Position numbers and translations under genes: made by a program | In this document: piece after piece, positions 1 through 11,661 of the stretch | Layout of the letters: each line of letters begins with the position of its first letter | Position numbering within the stretch: position 1 is the first letter of the stretch | Notes under the pieces: generated by a model | What the model was told of the DNA's origin: nothing | Database searches by the model: none | The model's input: the letters and a program-made list of their open reading frames with translations, nothing else | NCBI GenBank assembly: GCA_035549015.1 | Contig: DASZRW010000112.1 | Span: forward strand, 285-64,284 | Length of the DNA: 64,000 nucleotides | Origin: Candidatus Kapaibacterium sp. | GTDB taxonomy: Bacteria > Bacteroidota > Ignavibacteria > OLB7 | Direction of reading: 5' to 3'

Positions 1-221
1 GCATCATTTTACAGGGAACTCGAGGCATCTCAAAACAAGGAACTCGCCGAAGACAGTACATAGGGAGTCGAATCTGCTTGGCTTCATGCTTTTTGAATTC
101 TCCTAGAGCATCCATAAGGGGATACTGCAACACGAACCGGTACCCGGAGGCACATCGATGTTATCGAGGGCTCGGAACTGATTCAAACTCATATTCAGTC
201 GTCTGGAAATTGCAGATCGTT

Positions 222-524
222 ATGCTTTCTATCACACGCGTTACCATCGGTCGCATTGCTGGCGCCACTTTGCTGTGGTCAGTTTTGTCGTCGGGCTTTC
301 TGCTTATCCTCCTTGCTCTGTCGGGATTAGTCGAGCCCTCTGAGCTTCTCAAGCATGCAATTCGGGATGGAATCGTCGTTGGTTGCCCTGTCGGAATTCT
401 CATTCTTCGTATGACGGCGTATCCCGACCTCGCGCTCAATCTTCGCATTCGCCTCATCCCACTTATCACGGCTTTTCATTTCGCTCAGCTTCTGATAGCT
501 TTGATTATCTTTGCCGCGATATGA
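222..524 (+). CDS. small hydrophobic membrane protein (~100 aa). The ORF track starts it at TTG 78, and the frame is open back to the window edge, so the true 5' end is uncertain
   Basis: Strongly hydrophobic C-terminal half (LLWSVLSSGFLLILLALSGL, LIPLITAFHFAQLLIALIIFAAI). Its stop overlaps the next gene's start as ATGA at 521-524, suggesting translational coupling with the ABC ATPase. GC is lower than the rest of the window. Confidence 0.35.
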   Translation: MLSITRVTIGRIAGATLLWSVLSSGFLLILLALSGLVEPSELLKHAIRDGIVVGCPVGILILRMTAYPDLALNLRIRLIPLITAFHFAQLLIALIIFAAI

Positions 525-1192
525 CTGAACCGGCACTGTTAGTAGATTCACTTTGGATCAGATTTGGAAGCGCCGTCATTCTGCAAGGTGCCTTCTTGCG
601 CGTTGATCGCGGAACGGTTTGCGCCCTTGTTGGCAGAAACGGATCGGGGAAGAGCACGTTGTTGAAAGCAATCGCTGGAATACATCGCCATACACAGGGA
701 TTCGTGTCGATACAGGGCGAGCGGTTTATTTTTCCGAATCGTTCGAAACGCTTTCATCACATGAGCTATCTTCCACAGACTCCATTACTTCCCATCGGTT
801 TACGTCTTTCACATATTGAGGAACAACTGCCGCAGCATGTAGTGCGCACCATTCTCTCCTCCAACTCTAACTTCAAACGACATGGCCGACTCAGCGAGCT
901 CTCCTTCGGTGTGCGGCGTTATGTGGAGGTGCACTTTACGATCGGGCTCGGCCGTCCCGTTGTGCTCCTTGATGAGCCATTTCACTCGATCGATCCGATT
1001 CTGATTGAATCGCTCTGCGACGTGATTCGTTCGCGTGCCGCAACAGGAACAACGTTTGTCGTCACCGATCACAACTTGCAGTATGTCGAGCAAATTGCCA
1101 CTGCTGTGTGGTTGGTGGAGTCTCGAACAATACGAGAGATCAAGGAACCTCCAGAGAGCCTGCGAGAAGTAATGAGACGACCACCATTGTGA
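521..1192 (+). CDS. ABC transporter ATP-binding protein
   Basis: Walker A GRNGSGKSTLL, ABC signature LSFGVRR, Walker B VVLLDEP and an H-loop (VTDHN). The start at Met47 of the listed ORF (ATG 521) overlaps the upstream membrane-protein stop. Confidence 0.85.
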   Translation: MTEPALLVDSLWIRFGSAVILQGAFLRVDRGTVCALVGRNGSGKSTLLKAIAGIHRHTQGFVSIQGERFIFPNRSKRFHHMSYLPQTPLLPIGLRLSHIEEQLPQHVVRTILSSNSNFKRHGRLSELSFGVRRYVEVHFTIGLGRPVVLLDEPFHSIDPILIESLCDVIRSRAATGTTFVVTDHNLQYVEQIATAVWLVESRTIREIKEPPESLREVMRRPPL

Positions 1193-1340
1193 CGGTCTCG
1201 GAATACCTCCTTTCAGCGACTAACAACAGTCATACTCCTCAAAGTAGGCTGAACCAACGCTGAACGAGATTTGGAAGGGATCAATCGGTCTCGTACCACA
1301 CCCATCGCCACAACCCCACCGCATGCCGCTCCCCGCCTCA

Positions 1341-1600
1341 CTGATACTAGTCGATGTCCCAGGCGAACCCGACCGAGCGCATGGCGCGATACGTGCACCA
1401 GCCTGAAGCGTCGGCGTCATCCGGGTTGAACGACACCTCACGCGCCCCATCTCCTCGATGATGAGGAATCCTTCCCGCCGGTATCCAGGAATGGGCCGAA
1501 CGTTCCAATGGCGACTTGATTCCGTGTCCGGTTTTTGCTGTTGACTGTCGACATTGGTCATCCCTCCCGGCTCACTGAGTCCCTCCGGCGAAACGTACAG
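1341..1600 (-). pseudogene. decayed, frameshifted 3' fragment of a paralog of the GND-repeat lipoprotein gene at 11662..13905
   Basis: The DNA at 1340-1560 aligns at ~75-80% identity with 11662-11880. One minus frame reads ...VSFNPDDADASGWCTYRAMRSVGFAWDID*, against ...VPFNPDGADGTSWRTHRAMRSVGFGWDVDWYR* in the intact gene. Upstream homology (..IGTFGPFLDTGG..) continues in a different frame, so at least two frameshifts exist and no intact ORF remains. Confidence 0.5.
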
Positions 1601-1884
1601 AACCGTATGACTCGTGTCCCAAATCGTTCTGTGCTGACGACGAACGATCACCCAACTTCAAGTCAACCCTTGTCAGAAACGGTCTCGAAAACCGTTGAAC
1701 CCGCATCGATTCCGTGAGTTCGACCCGAGCCCGAAGGGGAGAGCACCGAGCCTCGAGCGTAGCGAGGAGCGCGGTAATCTCACCCTCTCCGCAGAAGACA
1801 CAGGGCTCATGCAACACGCATGGGCCCTGTTGTTTTTCAGGATGCTCATGCTGCACCGAACCCGAATGGGTACTCGCCCGCACA

Positions 1885-2343
1885 CTATCGCATGGAATCG
1901 AGACGGCTCTGGAGCGACGAGGAGAGATCGCCCCCCTGTTCCCAGACAACCGATGGGCTCTGGCAGAAGCCGGCAGCCTGGGCGCCGATCCATTGCTCGT
2001 ACCCGGAGGTCTTGATCGTGGCGAAGTGCATCCATTCGGCCCTGCTTCCGCCCTCTGCCGGCAGGAACTGGCCGCACAACATGTACTGCTCGCTTCCATC
2101 GGGAGCAACAACGCGCCCCATGCGCACATCGCGAAAGCGGACGGGATCCGGCGGGCGATGATCGTGAAAATCCGTGGCGGACGCTGCAAGCAGAAACTCC
2201 TTCACTGAATCCAGCGCCCCTCTCTCCTGTGCCGGCGCAACGGCCTGGGAAGGGCTTGTGCTCTGCGTTCCGCGGCGCGCGACCGGGACCGTGCTGCAGG
2301 CCGCAAGGCAGATGATGAGGAACACGGTTGCGAGATATCTCAT
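1885..2343 (-). CDS. hypothetical lipoprotein (153 aa)
   Basis: A lipoprotein-type signal peptide, MRYLATVFLIICLAAC|S, starts at ATG 2343, which is Met57 of the listed 208-aa ORF. The region is crowded with overlapping GC-artefact ORFs, so confidence is moderate. Confidence 0.5.
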   Translation of the reverse strand: MRYLATVFLIICLAACSTVPVARRGTQSTSPSQAVAPAQERGALDSVKEFLLAASATDFHDHRPPDPVRFRDVRMGRVVAPDGSEQYMLCGQFLPAEGGSRAEWMHFATIKTSGYEQWIGAQAAGFCQSPSVVWEQGGDLSSSLQSRLDSMR

Positions 2344-2541
2344 GTCTCTCCTGGAACGTACCTGCCTGGGTTCGGCAGCAGAGTATTGTTGGCGGATCAG
2401 GGAAGGGTGTTGCCGGGAACCGGGATCTTCCGGCAACAACAGCCCGTGAACGGCACGCGGCGCAGGCACTTCGCGATACCGGCACACTACCCGGCCGCTC
2501 CGCACGCGCAACGCGACCCAATGACGTACGCCCCGTCGACT

Positions 2542-3135
2542 CTAGTGGATCGTGCCGCGACTCGTTGCAGTGCCGCACACTTCGTAGCGGAGCTCCACCG
2601 TGCCGCTCTCGTACGCCTTTGTTTCCACCAGATGAAGCGCGATGTCAGTGTCCAGATGTTCGAAGAACCGGATCCCGTCTCCGATCAGCACCGGAAGGAT
2701 CGAATAGCAGACCTCATCCGCCAGCCCGAGGCGCAGGCATTCGGCAGCAACCATCCCCCCTCCGACGAACCAGATGGTGCGGTACGCCGGCCGAAGGCGC
2801 CCGTTCACCAACTGCACGAGATCGCCGGAGTAGAACTGGATGGTTTCCCGGATCCGCGGCAGCTCGCGACTCGTGAGAACGAAGGTGGGCTTGTCGCCAT
2901 ATGCCCATCCGAACCCCTTCGCCTCGAAGCTCAGCGCGGTCTCGTACGTTCGCGATCCCATCACGTAGCAGTCGATCGTCTCGAGAAACGACTGGACGCG
3001 CTCCGGATCCATGGTCTCCCCACCCTCGAATGTGTCCGAGGTGTCCAGCCAGTCCAAGCTCCCATCCCTGCGGGCGATGAAGCCGTCGAGGCTGGCGGCC
3101 ATGTGGATCGTTACCAGAGAATCAGTATTCGCCAT
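2542..3135 (-). CDS. dihydrofolate reductase family protein (RibD C-terminal domain type)
   Basis: The N-terminal motif HMAASLDGFIARRDGSLDWL and a ~190-aa length are typical of the bacterial YwjB/RibD_C DHFR-like family. Confidence 0.85.
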   Translation of the reverse strand: MANTDSLVTIHMAASLDGFIARRDGSLDWLDTSDTFEGGETMDPERVQSFLETIDCYVMGSRTYETALSFEAKGFGWAYGDKPTFVLTSRELPRIRETIQFYSGDLVQLVNGRLRPAYRTIWFVGGGMVAAECLRLGLADEVCYSILPVLIGDGIRFFEHLDTDIALHLVETKAYESGTVELRYEVCGTATSRGTIH

Positions 3136-3413
3136 CGTCCGGTGTTGGTATCGAGTGCGCGGATCGGGAGCTGCCCGGAGCTGTCTCCGTTGAGGTCAGG
3201 CAGGTTCGCCAAACACGCGGCGCGAGTTGTTCGAGGAATGGAGTTGCTTGAGGAAGGATGCACGCTCGCGGTACAGCCTCACGGCGGCATGTTCAACCGC
3301 GAATCGCACGAACCGTGGTGAGAACCGAACGTCCTGTACGCGGCTCGCCGACGGCAACGTCGCGCGGGCCCGCATCACGGAAGACGCCGTGAGCGCAGCA
3401 CCGCCCGGCTGCC

Positions 3414-4305
3414 TCACACTCCATGGCTCTGCGGAGGCGGCAGGAACGCGCCGGCGTGGTCCGCGGCCCACTCGCGAAACGTTCGCGGCGGCGCCCCGGT
3501 GACCTCGGCAACGGTGGAGGTCACGAATGCCGGCCGGTCGATCGCGGCCCCCCACGCGGCGAGCAGCATATCCACTGCCTGGGCCGGCCAGCTGCCTGCG
3601 GTCTCGCGGCGGAAATCCTCCGGCGACATCTCCTCAAACCCGACCGGGCGTCCGATGACGTCGCCGATGATCCTCACCTGCTCCGCCTGACTCAGCGACT
3701 CGGGACCGGTGAGGACGTAGTCCGCTCCGGCGTGCCGGTCCTCATACAGCGCGCGCGCCGCCACGGCCGCGATGTCGCGCTCGTCGATCGGCGCCGTCCG
3801 GGCCGCGCCGTAGGGCCACCGGACAACGCCGCCGTCGCGGATCATGGACGCCCACCAGAAGAGCACATTCGAGGCAAACATCCCCGGACGGATGATTGCG
3901 GACTCGAGCCCCGATTCCGCAATCAGGCGTTCGAGCTCGGCATGGAAGCGGGCCATGGGATTCGGCTGCTGAAAGAACGGATGCGGTGTGCGGTGCGGCG
4001 AGGAGAGAAGGACGACGCGCCGTACATGTGCCGCGAGACGTTCGATCACGGCAGGCGCGGTGATCGGCGGCGCGGTCCAGACGAGGAACACGGCGCCGAC
4101 ACCCTGCAGCGCGGCGCCGAGCGATTCGGGGATGGTGAGATCGCCCGATACCACCTCGACCTCCGCCGGCAACCCGGCAGCGGTGGGTCGGCGCGTAAGT
4201 GCGCGCACCGGGCACGCCGGCCTCCAGCAATCGAGTCACGACGTGCCGCCCCACACGGCCGGTGGCGCCGGTCACGAGAACGGGATGCACGTCTGCTCGC
4301 GTCAT
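3414..4305 (-). pseudogene. NmrA-like NAD(P)H-binding oxidoreductase interrupted by a 1-nt frameshift near 4210 (authentic pseudogene or sequencing error)
   Basis: The N-terminal Rossmann motif MTRADVHPVLVTGATGRVGRHVVTRLLEAGVP is in one frame (ORF 3742..4338). The continuation VRALTRRPTAAGLPAEVEVVSGDL... through the NmrA-like C-terminus is in the frame of ORF 3414..4208. The junction gtgccc-g-gtgcgcgca carries one extra G relative to the expected ...GVPVRALTR... Confidence 0.6.
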
Positions 4306-4493
4306 TGGTGTCCTGCTGGTATCCGCAGTGTGCCGCATGTGAAGGTAACTTTGCGAGCCGGGATGAACCGCGTCATGCGGCGTTCGTTGGGACGATCGGT
4401 TGAGCGGACAACGCGTTGAGGCGCGGACGGAGGCCAGCCGAGAGCCATCTGCTCGAACGCACAGTCAGATATCACAGGCGTAGACGCGGCTCG

Positions 4494-4982
4494 CTACCGC
4501 GATGCCGGCTTCTTCATCACGATCGGTGTCCGGGAATACATCCCGATGGGATGGCCGGACGGATCGGCGACAATTGAAATCGCACCTCTGCCGTCCGGCA
4601 GGTTGAAGGGGAATCCCGGCGGCACCATCCCGCCAAGCTCCTTCGCCTTGTTACTTGCGGCCTGGATGTCGCTCACCTGGACGTAGACCACGCCGTTGAA
4701 CGAACTGATCGCGCCATCGGCAGTGCGGATGGTGCCGATGGAGGAGCCGGCGGCAACGATCTCCACCGCCTGATCGGTTCCCTGTAGCGACGCGAACGTC
4801 CAGCCGAACAGCTTGCCGTAGAACTCCTTGGCCTTCGAGAGATCCGTTGTCGTGATATCGAACCAGGCAATGCGGCCCGCTCCAACGTCGGCCGGCAGGG
4901 ATTTCGTAGGGTCGGTCTGGGCCTGCACGAGCGACAACGTCATCAGCATCATTGCCGCCGCCAACAGAATCAATGTACGCAT
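4494..4982 (-). CDS. secreted VOC (glyoxalase/bleomycin-resistance fold) family protein
   Basis: It has a signal peptide (MRTLILLAAAMMLMTLSLVQAQ). The VOC-like core includes WFDITTTDLSKAKEFYGKLFGW and a C-terminal ISIVADPSGHPIGMY. Confidence 0.8.
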   Translation of the reverse strand: MRTLILLAAAMMLMTLSLVQAQTDPTKSLPADVGAGRIAWFDITTTDLSKAKEFYGKLFGWTFASLQGTDQAVEIVAAGSSIGTIRTADGAISSFNGVVYVQVSDIQAASNKAKELGGMVPPGFPFNLPDGRGAISIVADPSGHPIGMYSRTPIVMKKPASR

Positions 4983-5033
4983 CGCATCCTCCTTGAAGCT
5001 GTATGATCACATCATGCCCCACACCCGCGTAGT

Positions 5034-5068
5034 GTACAATTGCCGGGCGGAGCGGGCCGAATATACAA
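5034..5068 (-). promoter_or_regulatory. conserved 36-nt motif upstream of the VOC gene (copy 1 of 2)
   Basis: tgtacaattgccgggcggagcgggccgaatatacaa lies 50-85 nt upstream of the minus-strand start at 4982. A near-identical, identically spaced copy sits upstream of the RidA gene. Read on the coding strand, the motif is TTGTATATTCGGC-N14-CGGCAATTGTACA. Confidence 0.35.
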
Positions 5069-5615
5069 CGGCGACATCTATGGGCGGAACGGCAGGCGAC
5101 GGGATCGTGACATGAGGTGGACGATCCCGCCATGGAATGGAAGGGGGCGCAAAGGGCGCGATACCTGGCGGGGAAATCGGTGGATGCCGGAATGCGCAGG
5201 AGCTCCTCGCCCGTCATGGGACGCCGGCAGTCTGCTGGTATATACGCTGATGAGGAATCCAGCAGGCTGTTGAATTATCGAGCCCCGGGACAGAACGTTG
5301 CCAGTGCTCCGGGTTCGCATTCTGAAGTGTCCGGGTATTCCTCTGCACTGCCCCACCGGTGGTCGTCGCAGGTTGTTCATGCGCAGCGTAGCGCAGGCCC
5401 GAAGTGCTGCGTGGCGCAGGCCCGAAGTGCAGCGAAGCGCCTCCGGCATTTCAAGGCGAAGCGGCAGGATTCTTCAGTCGCTTCGCTCCTTCAGAATGAC
5501 GATACCTGGCGTGCCGTGGTATTTCAACAGCCTGTCAGTGGCTCCGCCCAACTCCCTTCGTCATCTGAGCCGCCGAAGACGGTCGGCAGAAAGGCCAGGT
5601 CAGGCGGCTGCGTCG

Positions 5616-6005
5616 TCAATCGGTCTTTGTTACCGCAATGGCACTCATTGCCACCAGCGCGCCTTCCGGCCGGCGCTCTCCCTGTATGGTTGACCTCGCC
5701 GGCGGCTTCTCGCCGAAGAACTCTTCAAATACTTCGTTCATTTCGTCGAAGTACATCCAGTCATGGAGCAACACCGTGACCATCACCACGTGGGAAAGGT
5801 CACTTCCTCCGGCCTCCAGAATGGCCTGGAGGTTGCGAATGGTCTGACGTGTCTGTTCTCGAATGCCACCTTCGACCAGCGTACCGGTTGCGGGGTCGGT
5901 TCCACCTTGACCCGCGCAAAAAATGAACTGCCCGGCTCGCGTGGCTTGAGAATATGGCCCCATGCCTGCAGGAGCGTCTGGACTCGATATGATCTCAATT
6001 TCCAT
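5616..6005 (-). CDS. ridA: RidA family protein (YjgF/TdcF/L-PSP reactive-intermediate deaminase)
   Basis: The 129-aa product carries canonical RidA motifs: SPDAPAGMGPYSQA, QGGTDP and a C-terminal PARSTIQ..LP.GALVAMSAIA. Confidence 0.9.
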   Translation of the reverse strand: MEIEIISSPDAPAGMGPYSQATRAGQFIFCAGQGGTDPATGTLVEGGIREQTRQTIRNLQAILEAGGSDLSHVVMVTVLLHDWMYFDEMNEVFEEFFGEKPPARSTIQGERRPEGALVAMSAIAVTKTD

Positions 6006-6073
6006 GTGCTACATCGTGTCTGGTTTTTGAACGGTGCTGGCGCTATCACGGACGTGGCCGCTGACGCCTGACA

Positions 6074-6109
6074 TGTACGATTGCCGTGTGAAGCGCGCCG
6101 AATATACGG
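6074..6109 (-). promoter_or_regulatory. conserved 36-nt motif upstream of the RidA gene (copy 2 of 2)
   Basis: tgtacgattgccgtgtgaagcgcgccgaatatacgg lies 69-104 nt upstream of the start at 6005. It shares GTATATTCGGC...CGGCAAT.GTACA with copy 1 at identical spacing. Confidence 0.35.
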
Positions 6110-6331
6110 CGGCCAGACACCCGGGCGAATCAGCAGACTGCGGGATCGGGGAGGGCGATGATGGTGATGTCATTACACCGGACTACAGGCCGCATGGGAT
6201 GCCACGGCAGGACGATCATTCCTGAGGCAGTGCCCGCCCGCATGGCGAATGCGCGAACCTGGACGCGGGCCAGGTCAACTCTGTAGTAATGCCCTCCCGA
6301 TTCCCACCACGGCTATCGGTTGCGCACCGGA

Positions 6332-7135
6332 TCAATGGGCGAACATCGCGAGTAATGCTCGCTGATAGGCCTGCTCGGCATCGAGCCTGGGCATGGCGAT
6401 GAGTTCGGCGAGCGAGAGCTTCTCCACATCCTCGAGATGTGCAGTGGCGGCCATGCCCACATAGTATCCCCCTGTGTTCTTCAGTATGTCCTCTGCAGGG
6501 TTGTAGGTGAAGAGAGGATTCCCTGGAAGGGACTCGGCCCAATGGTCCAGAATGAACCGGACAAGCTCCCGCAGGCGACTCCTGCAGCGCGATGTCCACG
6601 CCTGCGCCGGCCCGGCCTCCAGATAGCCACCCCAGAGGGCGGCCTCCGGAGAAAGCGCACCGGCCCGTTGGGCAATGCGCGTTGCAAGCCCCTCGGTCAC
6701 GAGCTGGCGCCCCGTACATCTCTGCTCCTCGATCGATGTGAAGGAGAAGTCCGGCACAAGTGCGTAATGAACGGCGTGGGCAAGTTCATGCGGGACGAAG
6801 GCGGCGAAGTCATGTGGTGTGGTGTACTGCTCCAGCGCGTACCATGCAACGAACCTGCCGGAGAGGAGGCAGGCGTGGCCATTGGACGTGCCATGCCCCA
6901 GGAAGGCTACGGCGCCGAGCCCCGACGTTGAGAGGCCGAGACGCTCGAACGCGCGTTCGGCATCTACAAGGTGCGACCGGAGCGATGCGAGCCGCGAACG
7001 CAACGCAGAAGGCTCCATCTCGACGTTCGAACGATCCGGTGATGACCAGAAGCGCTCGTAGTGCGATCGAAAGGCCGCGTAGTCCACATCGTCACCACGC
7101 TCACCGGTGAAGTCGACGAGTCGCATTCTCATCAT
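6332..7135 (-). CDS. DUF2268-like predicted zinc-dependent protease (HExxH)
   Basis: It contains HELAHAVHY (HExxH) and has an overall ~260-aa alpha-helical composition typical of DUF2268. No signal peptide is present. Confidence 0.55.
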   Translation of the reverse strand: MMRMRLVDFTGERGDDVDYAAFRSHYERFWSSPDRSNVEMEPSALRSRLASLRSHLVDAERAFERLGLSTSGLGAVAFLGHGTSNGHACLLSGRFVAWYALEQYTTPHDFAAFVPHELAHAVHYALVPDFSFTSIEEQRCTGRQLVTEGLATRIAQRAGALSPEAALWGGYLEAGPAQAWTSRCRSRLRELVRFILDHWAESLPGNPLFTYNPAEDILKNTGGYYVGMAATAHLEDVEKLSLAELIAMPRLDAEQAYQRALLAMFAH

Positions 7136-7293
7136 CCTCCGACAACTGTTCCAGCGACTCGCACAGCCAATATGGCGAGGGCACTTCTACGCTCTTTCTC
7201 ACCTTCGGAGTGGAACGCCCCGGGCACTGCGATCGATGATGTTCCGCAGGCAGCATACCGGTTCGCGCCACTCTCCGCAATGCCTTCGTCACC

Positions 7294-11217
<3,924 letters not shown>

Positions 11218-11661
11218 AGGGACTGATTGATCGGAGCTGATCCGGAGGAAAACGGATTGCAGCAGGTCGATGAAATGTTCATGGCGGGGTCGTTCGCCCA
11301 TCCCTTCCGTATCCCCCTCCATCCCTCGAGATCGCCACGCTCGAGCCGCGAACGCCATGCGTTCAATCTGCGAAATGATTGCATACGAGCAGCGGGTACC
11401 CGGGTGGGGAAACGTTTATCGGATGATGAGATATGGTGCCCGATAGTGCGCGAACGCGGCCTGCATCGAAGCCGGCATCCAGTTGCGACATTTGCAGCGT
11501 GGCCGCGCGTTGAGCCTGCCATATTCCCGGCCGATGCCGAGTATCGCGGCGGTCCATACTGCCGACGCCCCACCATCCGGATTGGTCACCACATTATCTT
11601 CCAGTCAATGAATGTGATGTTCGTTGAACCAACAACACATTCGAATGAGCATGCCACCTCC

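Noticed and set aside
1213-2578. Stack of overlapping ORFs on both strands (1220..1651, 1572..2189, 1673..2578, 1714..2208, 1820..2161, 2328..2876, 2386..3321)
   Set aside because: The frames are mutually exclusive and the translations are Arg/Pro/Ser-rich. Only the lipoprotein 1885..2343 and the homology-supported pseudogene fragment 1341..1600 were kept. 2386..3321 is antisense to the DHFR-family gene.
3423-4419. Plus-strand ORFs 3423..4403 (326 aa) and 3988..4419 over the NmrA-like locus
   Set aside because: They are antisense to a gene with a recognisable Rossmann N-terminus and NmrA-like body. The translations are Arg-rich and low in complexity.
5391-5436. Two tandem 23-nt copies (gcgcaggcccgaagtgc(t/a)gcg(tg/aa)) in the RidA-VOC intergenic region
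   Set aside because: Only two imperfect copies are present. They may be incidental slippage or part of a terminator for RidA, and there is no further support.
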